DNA from: Octopus vulgaris | Taxonomy: Eukaryota | Assembly: GCA_951406725.2 (NCBI GenBank) | Contig: OX597835.1 | Span: 20,088,001-20,152,000 of the forward strand | Direction of reading: 5' to 3' | DNA length: 64,000 nucleotides | Part shown: in pieces, positions 14,093-27,644 of the stretch | Layout of the letters: each line of letters starts with the position of its first letter | Numbering within the stretch: the stretch's first letter is position 1 | Translations under genes and position numbers: made by a program | Notes under the pieces: model-generated | What the model was told of the DNA's origin: nothing | The model's database searches: none | The model's input: only the letters and a program-made list of their open reading frames with translations

Positions 14093-14192
<100 letters not shown>

Positions 14193-14245
14193 AGAATAAG
14201 TGTATTTTAGGAAGCTGATATACTGAAATTGTATTCATATTACTG

Positions 14246-14423
14246 TACGCCGCACAAAATGCTTAGCGGTATTTCGTTCGGCTTTACGTTCTGAATTCAA
14301 GTACTGCAAAGGTTCGCTATGCCTTTCCTCCTTTCGGGATCGATAATATAAGTACTAGATAAACACTGAGGTCGACGTAATTGACTATTCCCTTCCCCTA
14401 AAATTACTGGCCTTGTGCCAAAA
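14246..14423 (+). mobile_element. SINE family C, 5'-truncated, tail type 3
   Basis: aaatgcttagcggtatttcg...gcctttcctcctttcgggatcgataa...aaattactggccttgtgccaaaa. Confidence 0.75.
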
Positions 14424-14808
14424 AGTCCCCGTTTTCGCTTTGACTTGTTCACATTCATATTACAGTTTTGAATTGATTAGCTATTTGTCTCTAGTCAAAT
14501 ACATAATTCAAAGCGGTGAAGCCATATTCCTTGTTCGTATATCTTCTCTCCTTTGTAGACGTAAGACGCGTTAGGTGATACAGTTATTATTTCGGATAGG
14601 CCGTATGACCTGAATGATTGACATACTGACCAATTAAATATAACTTTAGGCCAATTAAGCTTATATTTTATATCGTCAATACTCCTGAACCATTGTTACC
14701 ATCTTTCTTTCGCATAGGACTTTCATGTGTGTATTTAGATTTTTTGCAGATAAAATCAGTCTTCTATATTCATTATGCAACGAGTGATAGATAGATAGAT
14801 AGATAGAT

Positions 14809-15012
14809 ACTCTTTTACTTGTTTCAGTCATTTCACTGTGGCCATGTTGGAGCACCGCCTTTAGTCGAGAAAATTGACCCCAGGACTTATTCTTTGTAAG
14901 CCTAGTACTTATTCTATCGGGCTCTTTTGCCGAACCACTAAGTTACGGGGACGTAAACACGCCAGCATCGGTTGTGAAGCAATGATGGGAGGACAAACAC
15001 AGACACAAACAC

Positions 15013-15064
<52 letters not shown>

Positions 15065-15226
15065 GACGGGCTTCTTTCGGTTTCCGTCTACCAAATCCAC
15101 TCACAAGGTTTTGGTTGGTCCGAGGCTATAGTAGAAGACACATGCCCAAGTTGCCACGCAGTGGGACTGAACCCGGAACCATGTGGTTGGTAAGCAAGCT
15201 ACTTACCATACAGCCACTCATACGCG
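14809..15226 (-). mobile_element. SINE family A, full length
   Basis: Reverse complement of the 10458 copy. Confidence 0.9.
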
Positions 15227-15229
15227 TAT

Positions 15230-15316
<87 letters not shown>

Positions 15317-15372
15317 GAAGAATAAGAATATTTTAGGAAGCTGATATACTGAAATTATATTCATATTATTGT

Positions 15373-15549
15373 ACGTCGGACAAAATATTTAGCGGTATTT
15401 CGTTCGGTTTTACGTTCTGAATTCAAATGCCGCAAATGTTCATTATGCCTTTCTTCCTTTCGGAATCGATAACACAAGTACTAGATAAACACTGATGTCG
15501 ATGTAATCAACTTTCCCCCCTCCCCTAAAATTACTGGCCTTGCGCAAAA
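15373..15549 (+). mobile_element. SINE family C, 5'-truncated (duplicate of 14246)
   Basis: Same truncation point and same upstream flank as 14246. Confidence 0.75.
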
Positions 15550-17441
15550 AATTGAATATAAAATAATTGAATAAGAGAACGAATTTTCTACTTGTGAAAT
15601 GAATGTATGTGCTCAATGTTTTAAAAGTATTGAGTACTCTGTGGGAAACAATTTGTTTTTCACTCACTTGTGTACGTATGATTATGTGAATTATTGCAAC
15701 ACTTACTTCAGCAAAGATTTTTGTCACACGCTTCCTGTTTAGTTGTTTCTCTTTAAATGTGGGTCTAATTTGTCTTTCATCTTCCTTAGGGGGTCCATAA
15801 AATAAGGACCAGGTATCAAGATTGTAAGGTCGTTATGGTTAACCTAAATCTTTGAGCTTGAATTGGAAGCCCAGAACGGAAACTGCCTAATAATTCTGGA
15901 ATCAATAAAAGAATAAAATATATGATATCGCAAGGTCATAAAAAAACTAAGTTGAATCACATGATTTCACTTGTAATCTATATCAGTTGGCATAGTGCCT
16001 AGCTAAAAATAAATAGAGATATTAATGCTATTTATATCAGCAGAATTTGTATAATACATAAAGTGGTCTAAGAAGATTCGGTAGGATGATGCATAGGAGA
16101 ATGTATATGAGTGCAGCAATCACTGTGGGGCAAATAGCAAAGTCGTCAGTACGTTACATAGATTGCATGAGAATATTTCTACGAAAATCTGCGCTTTCGG
16201 TTCAAATCCTGCTGAGGCCTACGTTTGCTTTACTTCTTTCGGGATTGGCGAAGAAAACACAAATCCATAGCCGTGGTTAGCGAAACTGAATGCCCCAAGG
16301 TATTTATTCTGCCTCCATGCCTTGTGAGTTCAAACAACATAACGGCCCACATGGCTGGTAGTTTTAATCCGTATTTCTGTTTAATTCTACAAAGTGGTAC
16401 GTTGAATGCGTTTAGCGGTGTCCAGTTTAGTGCAAGCATTCGGCCATAGTCCTCTGTTTGAAGATTTCTTCCTCTCACCTTCAAATACTACACTAGCCTT
16501 CCCTATTTAAAACAATTACTAACAATATATGTGGTATATTTCTCAGCAATGGTGGATAAATTACTAAATTTATAAATACGCACGTGCAAAACACGGACAA
16601 AAACAAAGATGAAGATTTGCGAGTGAGATTTAGGTGTGCTCTTCATACTCGGAGTTGGAGTAAAGTGTTCTAGAAATCCATGATTTCAATAGGTTTGAGT
16701 TTGTGTGGGGATGTTATTGTTTGTATAATACATGCGTGCTCCCTGTGTGTTCATGTCTATTTTCTGATTTGAAAGAATTATGTCTAACATATTACTGCGA
16801 GTTTCCCTCGTTTTTCACTGGCCAGCAGGTAAACCAGTTACACCACAGTTATAGGGGAAATTGCTGCTTCACACATCAAAGTTTTCTTCAAATTTCCTTT
16901 TTAAATAACACGGTGTCAATCTAATACTAATTCCTTAAATTCTTCCGGCAAAATTTTAATGTATTTAGTTATAAATTCTCGATTTTCTTAGAATATTTTG
17001 TAATTTGACATCAAGATATGATATTTCGTTCTGACAAGTGAAGCGCTTTTCTGTTAATGCCCCTAAGATAATTTTTGCCATTTTCCATTACGAAACATTG
17101 AATAATAGTGTTATTTTTACACTTCTATAAGAAAGTTCTACTCTTCCACTCGGCCTCCTGAAGAATGTATCCCAATTTCATTTCAATGTACACTCTGCTG
17201 CCATCTTAAAATCTGTAATATACCCAATGATATAAATATATAAATATATTCAAATTTAAAATAGAAAATATTCTCAAATTATTTGAGATTGTCACTGTTT
17301 TTATGATTTTTCACTTCAGTTTCACAAGATAATGACAATCCGAATGACGAATTAAACGTAAAAAAAAGGATCAGGCAAACTTGTATAGATGGATTAACAG
17401 ACAGTAGAGCGCCTTACGTAATTATTCGATTTGTTTTTTAT

Positions 17442-17850
17442 TACTCTCTTTTACTCTTTTACTTGTTTCAGTCATTTGACTGCGGCCATGCTGGAGCACT
17501 GCCTTTAGTCGAGCAAATCGACCCCGGGACTTATTCTTTGTAAGCCCAGTACTTATTCTATCGGTCTCTTTTGCCGAACCGCTAGATGACGGGGACGTAA
17601 ACACACCAGCATCGGTTGTCAAGCAATGCTAGGGGGACAAACACAAACACACAAACACATATACACACATATATATATATATATATACGACAGGCTTCTT
17701 TCAGTTTCCGTCTACCAAATCCACTCACAAGGCATTGGTCGGCCCGGGGCTATAGCAGAAGACACTTGCCCAAGGTGCCACGCAGTGGGACTGAACCCGG
17801 AACCATGTGGTTGGTTAGCAAGCTACCTACCACACAGCCACTCCTGCGCC
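17442..17850 (-). mobile_element. SINE family A, full length
   Basis: Near-consensus reverse complement ending ccactcctgcgcc. Confidence 0.92.
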
Positions 17851-18219
17851 TATTAGTCGATTTTTTATTTATTTTTAGTTATATCTTCCTCCTTGTCCAC
17901 TTTCGTTGTAATCCTTCTGCTACCGATACAATAAAAGTTCATTTGGTCACTAGGGTTCTTGCAGTTGTTGTCGTTGTTGTTGCAGTTGATATCCGAGGTT
18001 GCCTAACAATGTTTACAATAAGAATTTTTAATGAGCTTTCGATAATGGTTCATCGTAATACTATATGTACAAGTAAGAGCAATATGTAATTTTTAATTGT
18101 GTTTATGATGTATACGAAAATATCACGGCCCTTCAGTCACCAAGCATAATTTTAGTTCTAATATTATATAATCTAATATAATATAACAATCTAATATAAT
18201 GAAATATTAAGTAGCAAGC

Positions 18220-18445
18220 GCACTGAATCGTGAACACGCTGGACGAAATGTTGAGGCCTGATATTTTGCCCGATTATTACGTTCTGAGTTCAAACTCCGC
18301 CGTGGCCGACTTTGCTTTCATCTTCTCGGGATCGATAAAATTAGACCAGCGTGTGTGTATATATGTTTGCACGGTGCGTATGTATCATCGCTGCAATCGA
18401 ATTACGTCTACCACAAAATTGCTGGCTTAAAGCCGAAATTTGAAA
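18220..18445 (+). mobile_element. SINE family C, diverged
   Basis: ttacgttctgagttcaaactccgccgtggccgactttgc...aaaattgctggc. Confidence 0.65.
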
Positions 18446-18729
18446 GCAATATGATATGTATATATGTATGTTTGCTTGAGTAAAAAATAGATATACAGTG
18501 TATACAAGGAGTTATAATACAAACGAGCTGTGTTCTCGTGAAACATCTTCTAGACATTAGGCTGATGCCATACTGGAGCAACGATTTAAGGAATTTTAAT
18601 CGAACTAACCTACGTCCGTACACATTTTCTTTTTAAGCATAGTACTCATTCTATCGTCTCTTTTACGGAAACGCTAAGTTGCATCGACATGAACAGACCA
18701 ATATCTGTTGTCAATCGAAGGTGAGGAAG

Positions 18730-18778
<49 letters not shown>

Positions 18779-19338
18779 ATCTCACACACACACATAGTAA
18801 CATATTTATTGAACACACATATTTATTGATTTCAAAGTGATGAAATTTCTAAGTTAGAAACTATTCTACGGTTATTTGGAGGAAATGCACATCTGGCCCG
18901 AGTTAACGAGATAAATCGAAACCCAGAAACACGTATTGAAAACTAAAACTACTTAATCAGACGGTTATATCTGCTCCTTTGCGCACTTTAAAAAAAAATG
19001 TTTTATGAGATGTTCGGTGTCTGGTTACAGGAATTATTCACACATGCAAACGGCTCAATTGGTTTCTCTTGTTAGACAGGTCAAAGGGCCAGTCTAAGAA
19101 ATCTACTATGCGGAAAGAAAGTTGTTGTTATGGAGACATTAAAGTCGAAAGTATTTCTAGTTTCATTCATCAGTGAAAGGTTTAACGAAAGAGAAATGTG
19201 ATATTCTCCATTGTTGCAACACAAATACACAAGTGTATGTAAGGGTGTGTGTATAATATATATGCGTGCGTGTGTGTATATATATGTTTGCACGGTGCGT
19301 ATGTATCATAGCATATAAACACACACTTTAACACATTC

Positions 19339-19373
<35 letters not shown>

Positions 19374-19831
19374 GAGAGAGAGAGAGAATTATTGGCGCAG
19401 GCGTGGAACTGTGGTAAAATATTTGCTTCCTAACTACATAGTCCCGGGTTCAGTTTCGCTGCATGTCACCTTGGGCAAATGATTTTTTTACATTGGTCCC
19501 AAGTCCAAGAACCATTTTGCGTCGATTAGTAGAAAGGTAATAGAAAGAAGCCTGATGTATATACCAAATACTCATTCCAAAGTGTCTGAAACTGTTTCAG
19601 GAGAGACATTTCTTAATTTCGAAGTACAAAACTCTAATCTACTTCAAAGTAGGATCTCCTTATTTCGATGCACTTGCTGTAGCGCTCCAAATTTCGTGAA
19701 AGGGTCCAAGCAAGACCCCCAAAGTGGAGTTTTCCAGAACACGTGTCACAGATACTTTCATCTTCTCAACATCTCTCTCTCTCATTTTTTTCTCTCCCTC
19801 TCTCCCTCTCTCTCTCTCCCTTTCTCTCTCT

Positions 19832-20154
19832 TTGGACAAGAACGCAAAACATTCAAATAGACGATAAAAAAAACGGACGGGTCATTCGAAGCCTCTAATC
19901 TTCAGTCAAGAACCGGATCATCCTCGCAATTTCGGCTGATTAATCTTGAGATTGCTCCGAACTGGCCAGCTCCAAGGGAGAACTAAGCTACGAGCATAAG
20001 ATTTCTTGGAAAAAGGATCGAATGTATACGAAACGAGGACAGAAAAACGGACGATGTTACAGGAATATACATACAAGAAACAATAATAATAATAATAATA
20101 ACAGGACAAAAACAACAGGCGTGTTTTGACTTTAGACAGTTCAACTTAGCTGGC

Positions 20155-20155
<1 letters not shown>
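19832..20155. repeat. Interspersed repeat family E (unclassified)
   Basis: Start ggacaagaacgcaaaacattc...atagacga is shared with 44317-44400; abuts (TA)n. Confidence 0.5.
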
Positions 20156-20191
<36 letters not shown>

Positions 20192-20195
<4 letters not shown>

Positions 20196-20417
20196 ACTAC
20201 CCACAGGGGGCTAAACATAGAGGGTGGAAACAAGGACAGACAAACGGATTAAGTCGATTATATCGACCCCAGTGCGTAACTGGTACTTAATTTATCGACC
20301 CCGAAAGGATGAAAGGCAAAGTCGACCTCGGCGGAATTTGAACTGAGAACGTAGCGGCAGACGAAATACGGCTACGCATTTCGCCCGACGTGCTAACGTT
20401 TCTACCAGCTCGCCGCC
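20192..20417 (-). mobile_element. SINE family C, full length, tail type 1
   Basis: Reverse complement of the 26916 copy. Confidence 0.9.
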
Positions 20418-20463
20418 TTATATATATATATGGTGAGAAGGAGGGAGAGAGAGAGAGAGAGAG

Positions 20464-20713
20464 AGGCGCAGGAGTAGCTGTATGGTAGGTAAATTGCTTA
20501 TCAATCACTTGCTTCTGGGTTCCGTCCCACTGCGTGACAGCTTAGGTTATAGACTCGGGCCAATCAAAGCATTGTGAGTGGAATTTGTAGTCGAAATCTG
20601 AAAGAAACCCATCGTATATATATACATAGAGAGAGAGAGGGAGAGAGAGAAAGAGAGTGAGAGAGAGTGGGAAAGAGATACAGATAGATAGAATGATAGA
20701 TAGATAGACACAG

Positions 20714-20766
<53 letters not shown>

Positions 20767-20987
20767 TGTGTGTGTGCGTGTATCTATATGTGTCTGTGTT
20801 TGTCCTCCTACGCACAATTGCCAACCGAAGCTAGTGTGTTTATGTCCATGCAACTTAGCGGCCCAGCAAAAGGAAACTATAGAATAAGTACTAGGCTTAG
20901 AAAGAATGAGTTCTGGGGTCGATTTTTCGAATAAAATCGGTGCTCCAACTTGGTCACACTCAAATGACTGATACAAATAAAAGAGCA
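20464..20987 (+). mobile_element. SINE family A, diverged, internal (GA)n/(GATA)n
   Basis: Head ggcgcaggagtagctgtatgg; tail caaatgactgatacaaataaaagag. Confidence 0.8.
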
Positions 20988-21018
20988 GAATAGTATATGT
21001 ATATGGATATGCATATTA

Positions 21019-21055
<37 letters not shown>

Positions 21056-21059
21056 TACA

Positions 21060-21266
21060 ATGTGACCGCGTGTGTACCGTTGGCGATTTTTTTCCTCTCT
21101 CTTCCCTTCTCTGGATCTTTCCTTCTCCTATGTTTCCGACGAAGAGCTCCGCTCGAAACGTTAAACCCTCCTTCTTTCCTTCTTTCCTGAGCGTCCAATA
21201 ATAATATATTTGTTCCACGTCCTCGCGTTGTTGTGTTTTTTTTGTGCTTTCTTGTTTGGATTAACT
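21060..21266 (+). mobile_element. Short element family D
   Basis: Inverted near-identical copy of 566-775; ends ggattaact then (AT)n. Confidence 0.7.
21130..21200 (+). ncRNA. Hammerhead-like fold with variant core CCGACGA
   Basis: CCGACGA-a-gagc tcc gctc-GAAA; stem III acgtt/agcgt closes a pyrimidine loop; GUC triplet at 21193-21195; stem I is weak. Confidence 0.45.
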
Positions 21267-22288
21267 ATATATATATATGTATATGTATATACACACACAA
21301 CACACGCACTACACACACACGCACACACACTCACGTTAGCATTGCTTCTACCAGGTAATCGTATATTTTGTATTTTTAAAATTCGTTAACTTAATAAAAA
21401 TTAATTTCCTATGGTGTCTACAGCGTGACATTGACTTATATATATATTAAGCGAGCATGATAATATTTCGATACGTTTACTGTATTCTACCATTTTTCAG
21501 CCATCTTGGTTTAAAATTGTTCCCATGTCACTTGAATCGAATAAAATAATTTCGTCATATCTTCTGATTTTCTTTAATCAAAGCTTAGCGTCCTTTCATC
21601 CGTCTTCACTTCTGATTCCAAATTCCATCGATGTCGAATTTTCCTTTGAACATTTCAGGGTCCATAAAATAAATGCCAGATAATGACACTTCATTCCCTG
21701 AAGCACTGCTAGCCCGGAATTTCTCGAAAAGGTTATCAACAATAGTGTGTGATGCAAATATTCGTGACCTTCGAATTCAAGACCTCGGAACAACCAAATT
21801 TCTGAAAATTATTAGCATACAATAAAAGTGTGTAGATAATATTTCGGGAAGTAAATTAATATTTCGGGGTCCTTTGAGAACGTAAACACAGCAGAAATCA
21901 CTAGATTGCTCTTTCTTAAATTCCATCACATCAACATTCATATTGCAACTATTTGACTAATCACTCTACTTCGTATTGAGCCATAAAAACATATCCATAA
22001 ATAAATCGACATATATATGCTCATAAGCATTTTGGAATGCGTGTGTGTTTATGTGCGTGTCTGTGTGTGTGTGTGTTGTGTGTGTGTGTGTATCTGAGTG
22101 TGTATGTGCGTGTGTTTCAGTTTGACTATAATTTATTCATGTACAGCTTATATAAATATTTTTTTATAAATATATGCTAATTACTTATTTAAATGGAAAT
22201 TATATTTCATTGCGTCCTCATATATGTCGCTGTGTGGAGGTTTTACATAGGTATATCTACGCACGCATACTTTCACATACATAGGCAT

Positions 22289-22326
<38 letters not shown>

Positions 22327-22575
22327 CTAAAAGTGACTAGAGTGTTAGAAAACACGTACATTGCTACAAATATGAACTACACTGCTCTAATGCTTCAGAG
22401 TCAACGCACGTGAATGTAAACATATATATTAAATGGGAGTATAATCGTCCTAAAAGTGGCGATTCTGAACTCTTAGCTGTTATTTCTAGCAATATAGGTG
22501 CTTTCTAACACCGTACTTACATTTAGTAACATTTGTAATTCTCCTTTTGGGTGAAACCTCACAAAGTACTGTTTC

Positions 22576-22681
<106 letters not shown>

Positions 22682-22818
22682 TATGCATACATACATACAT
22701 ACATACATATCCGTGTGTGTGTGCGCGCGCGCATATAGTTGTGTGTCTGTATGTGAAATTAGGTTCTATGTGCCTCTGTATTTTAACATTTTATTAAGTC
22801 AGTACAGATTCCTACAAC

Positions 22819-22875
<57 letters not shown>

Positions 22876-24090
22876 TCAGGAGCATTACACTGTCCGTGGG
22901 TTCAGGTTCTATCCATCCGTGTGACGTAACTTACTTTCCCTGTTTATATAACATTAACTTCTTTTCAAGAACCTCTCATTGGCATTTTTTAGCAATTTTA
23001 GGTCCAGAATAGTCGGAGATGTAGTCATTTTACTTAGCTTTCACGTAGATATTTTAGTGTTAGCAACCTAGAGACGGAAATGCTTCTAAGCCACGGTACC
23101 GTCACTTCACCTTCTTATAAGTAATTGTCACAGCAATGTGCCCTTCAACAATATATTAAACTATTAAATATCAAGTTCTAATTACAAACGCATATGTCTA
23201 CTACGGTCACCCGGCATCCATTTTGTATCTTTGAATTAGACAAGCGTTTTGTGTATCTTGTTTACGCTGAGGATGGCTCATTTTTGTTTAATTCTAACAA
23301 ACGGTGGATATTTGCAATATTGTTTGCCTCTTAGATATATTACTTGAAGCAGAGACGACTCCTTAAAAAACACAGATTTGAGACAGTCATTTAAACGCTG
23401 TTTCTGACTAGTGATAAACAAACAGGTACTGTTTACCTCCAGTGCGAAAGACATTTTTGTCACAGAGTAAAAGAATGGCTTGAACTTTACGTGGAATAAC
23501 TGAAACCGAAGCACGATATGAATGAGAAATAAATAAGAATAAAAGCCACGCACTCTTATCCATATGAATTCACAAACATTCTCGTTAACCAGCATTCCCC
23601 CCTCCACACACACACACATTTACAAACCTTTCATTACAAACACAATAATAAGAATTATTTTCGTCTTCTATACCTTGCATCTGAACATGAATTAACTTCT
23701 CCACGAATTGTCACCTTAGTTGGATTTCAATTTTGTATTTAAATGATATTATTTATAGAAAACAGAAAATCCGTGAGAAGACCAATTTTCCTTCTTCGAC
23801 CTCTATCAAATTCAAATGATTTCCAGTCAAATTAAGAAACCATTATTTGCTAACACTTTCAATAATGAAGCTACGCATCTATGTTTATTACATTTTATTT
23901 AGCTATAAATTGCCCAATTGCAATCACTGAATAAGCAACACGCTCTACAAAGAAACCACGTGATATATTGTAGAAAACGCTCTATGTTAAACAACGTGAT
24001 ACTGTAATGTTACTATAATGTGTGGTTCAACGTGCATTGAATCTCACATTACAGTAACATCATATGGGTATAATTGGATGTTTCTGCCAA

Positions 24091-24320
24091 CGGCGAGCTG
24101 CCAGAAACGTTAGTACACCGGGCGAAATGCGTAGCCGTATTTTGTCTGCCATTTTGTTCTGAGTTCAAATTCTGCCGAGGTCGACTTTGCCTTTCATCCT
24201 TTCGGGGTCGATAAATTAAGTACAAGTTACGCACTGGAGTCGATGTGATCGACTTAATCCGTTTGTCTGTCCTTGTTTGTTCTCTCTGTGTTTAGCCCCT
24301 TGTGGGTAGTAAAGAAATAG
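24091..24320 (+). mobile_element. SINE family C, full length, tail type 1
   Basis: Meta-like gaggtcgactttgcctttcatcctttcggggtcgataaattaagtac; flanking repeat ggtataatt(g/t)gatgt. Confidence 0.9.
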
Positions 24321-24828
24321 GTATAATTTGATGTGTATGTATCCGTGTGTACGAACATGTCACTGGTTTTTTTTTCCTTTTATTTTGCTTGCTATGTGTG
24401 CAGGCGTCGGTGTGTGCCTATATCATTCATATATGCATGTATATCATTTATTTTCTAATTGCTTCGGTTACTGCATCGCAATGACTTAGTCGAACAAATT
24501 CACCCCAGTACATTTCTGTTTAAGGCTTAGTCTATCCTATCCGATCATTTTTGCCGAACCATTAACTTCCGAGGGCATAAGCAAACTAACCCCTGTCTTC
24601 AAGAAGTGACAGATAGGAGCAAACACACACAGGCACATATGAGGGGCTTCCATACAGGTTCTGTGTACCATGTCCAATCATATGGTACTGGTTGTCCTGA
24701 AGTCACTCGCACAAGCTAGCGAGCAGAAAAACTGACTCATAATAAAGAGATTGTGAAAGCGAGCATTTTGGCCACATGGATCTCCATTGTTGTTTTCTAC
24801 TATTTTTATTATGCATATTTACATATGT

Positions 24829-25134
24829 GGAGGCGCAATGGCCCAGTGGTTAGGGCAGCGGACTCGCGGTCGCAGGATCGCGGTTTCGATTCCCAGACCG
24901 GGCCTTGTGAGTGTTTATTGAGCAAAAACACCTAAAAGCTCCACGAGGCTCCGGCAGGGGGTGGTGATCCCTGCTGTACTCTTCCACCACTCTTTCTCCC
25001 ACTCTTTCTTCCGTTGGCCTGCTCGCTTAGCCAGCGGGGTGGCGTCATTTGAAGGCTAAAACAATGCGAACGCATTGTGACCAGCGATGTGTAACAACAT
25101 CTGATGGTCTGGTCGGTCACGTGATCACGTGATA
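24829..25134 (+). mobile_element. tRNA-derived SINE family B, tail type 4
   Basis: A box tggcccagtgg, B box ggtttcgattccc; ends tcacgtgatcacgtgata. Confidence 0.9.
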
Positions 25135-25285
25135 TGAATTTATATAGGAAATTAATTGAACTTTTAACTAAAGATCACTCAGTACATTTTAGTGAAATAC
25201 ACTTATATTACTTTACGCCAGGTATGCGGTAACTTAGAAATCAGAAATTACAAGCAACTTTTTTTGTGCTAAATGTTAGCACACG

Positions 25286-25343
<58 letters not shown>

Positions 25344-25409
25344 TTAATACAAATATGGAAAAATGGATATATATATATATGATAGATCGGTAACCACTAC
25401 ACATTCTTT

Positions 25410-25565
25410 ATTTTCTCTCCTTGTTTCTTTCTGTATTCCTTTCTGGGGAAGAGCGGAGGCTCGAAACGTTAAAGACATTTTCACTTGCCAAGCGTTATGC
25501 TAATACATCTGCTTGTTGTCTACACCACATGTCTTCGTCTTTTCTTTTTTTTTTTGTGAATTCTC

Positions 25566-25570
<5 letters not shown>
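25410..25570 (+). mobile_element. Short element family G
   Basis: gaagagcggaggctcgaaacgtt...aagcgtta; ends ttctccccta then (TA)n. Confidence 0.7.
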
Positions 25571-25633
<63 letters not shown>

Positions 25634-25650
25634 GGGAGAATATATATACA

Positions 25651-25698
<48 letters not shown>

Positions 25699-25701
<3 letters not shown>

Positions 25702-26088
25702 CGCAGGAGTGGATGTGTGGTAAGTAGCTTGCTAACCAACCACATGGTTCCGAGTTCAGTCCCACTGCGTGGCATCTTGGGCAATGCCTTGTGAGTGGAT
25801 TTAGTAGACGGAAACTGAAAGAAGGCTGTCGTATATATGTATATATATACATGCATGTGTGTGTGTGTTTGTGTGTCTGTGTTTGTCCCCCTAGCATTGC
25901 TTGACAACCGATGCTGATGTGTTTACGTCCCCGTCACTTAGCGGTTCGGCAAAACAGACCGATAGAATAAGTACTGGGCTTACAAAGAATAAGTCCCGGG
26001 GTCGATTTGTTCGACTAAAGGCGGTGCTCCAGCATGGCCGCAGTCAAATGACTGAAACAAGTAAAAGAGTAAAAGAGTAAAGAGTAAA
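25699..26088 (+). mobile_element. SINE family A with ~30-bp internal deletion
   Basis: ttgggcaa is joined directly to tgccttgtgag (microhomology caa); otherwise near consensus. Confidence 0.9.
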
Positions 26089-26213
26089 GTGTAAAGTGTA
26101 ATATACACTTTAGTTGTTCCTCTGATTCAAGCTTTGTACACAATCCATGATACATATTATAGAGATATAAAGAAATTCAGAAAGAGAGGAAGGAGAAATA
26201 CTGGAAGAAAGAG

Positions 26214-26281
<68 letters not shown>

Positions 26282-26687
26282 GATAGTGACAGATAATGAA
26301 AGCATCTGGGTTTCGGGTTTTCCGCATGCATACTGGAATCGCTTAATTCATTTGAAAGCAGAAAGTTTACTTATACGGCAGATACCCGATCTAATATTTA
26401 ATTTCCTGCTTCTACGTGCTAAAATCAAATCCCGACGGGTCGACCGTTCTCTTCTATCTATGACTTCCAGATCGATAAACCTAGAACCTGATTTATAGTG
26501 AATGGCGTTTATTTATTCGTCTACTGGTAGCCTTAACACACTCCTGGACAAGTGCCATTGAATGATAGCATTAATTTATCTCTTGCGAGAAAGGAGATCT
26601 AAGGTCTTCGACAGTACGAGACTTGTATCCTTTTTAATGCCTTGCGAGATCGTATCCCTCGAATGAATTCTTTGTAAATCTAACATA

Positions 26688-27280
26688 GGCGCAGGCATGG
26701 CTGTGTGGCGAGAAGCTTGCTGCCCTACCACATGGCTCCAGGTTCGGTCTCGTCGTGTGGAACCTTCGGTGTCTTGTACTAAATCATCTAGCGGACCAAA
26801 ATCATGCGAGTGGATTTGGTAAACAAAAACTGAAAGTAGCCCGTCGTATATTATGTGTGTGGGTGTATGTATTTTTGTGTCTGTGCCTGTCCCCATCACC
26901 GTAACCTAGCGGTTTGGCGGCGAGCTGGCAGAAACGTTAGCACGCCGGGCGAAATGCGTAGCCGTATTTCGTCTGCCGCTACGTTCTGAGTTCAAATTTC
27001 GCCGAGGTTGACTTTGCCTTTCATCCTTTCGGGGTCGATAAATTAAGTATCAGTTACGCATGGGGGTCGATGTAACCGACTTAATCCGTTTGTCTGTCCT
27101 TGTTTGTCCCCTCTGCGTTTAGCCCCTTGTGGGTAGTAAAGAAATAGTTTTGGCTAAAGTCCGTCAGAATAAGTACCAGATTTTGAAAAAAAAAAATGCA
27201 CAGCGGCCGATTCCTTCGACTGGAAATTCTCCGGGGTGGTGCCCCACCACGGCCACAATCTTTTGACTGGGATAAATAAA
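26688..27280 (+). mobile_element. Old SINE family A interrupted by SINE C
   Basis: Head ggcgcaggcatggctgtgtgg; the sequence resumes after 27147 with tttggc duplicated. Confidence 0.75.
26916..27147 (+). mobile_element. SINE family C, full length, tail type 1
   Basis: ggcggcgagctggcagaaacgttagc, B box gagttcaaatt, Meta-like domain, ends gtaaagaaatag. Confidence 0.92.
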
Positions 27281-27644
27281 ACATTTAAGATAGATACATT
27301 TATTGAAGTAAATAGTATCGGCATCCTGGATTTGATTTATGTATTGCTCGCAGGTTAATCCTCTTAAAACAAACCGATAATCAAATCCTTTCTCTTAGTA
27401 CCAAAAGCGTATATTTCAAAAGCGTATTTTAGAAAATTGTGTAGTAATCTTTATCCCTTCTAAATGGATAAATTCCGATTTATCAGAGATTTGAATATTA
27501 TTTACAGCAGGCACCCTAGAGGTGAAGAGGGGACGTGTGGTAAGATGTTTGCTTCTCAACCATGTTTCTGGGAATTGTTATACTGGGTGACGTGTTGGGA
27601 AAGTGTCTTCTAGTACAGCCACAGGCCAACCAAAGCCTTGTTAG

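Noticed and set aside
17616-18089. Recurrent ORFs such as MSSNARGTNT.../MLGGQTQT...
   Set aside because: Antisense translations of SINE family A; they recur only because the SINE recurs.
19875-19910. Hammerhead in family E (minus ctgaaga...cgaatgacccgtc)
   Set aside because: No GAAA and no convincing stem II.
24829-24903. tRNA gene
   Set aside because: A and B boxes are present, but the acceptor stem is incomplete and it continues into a SINE body; it is a SINE head.
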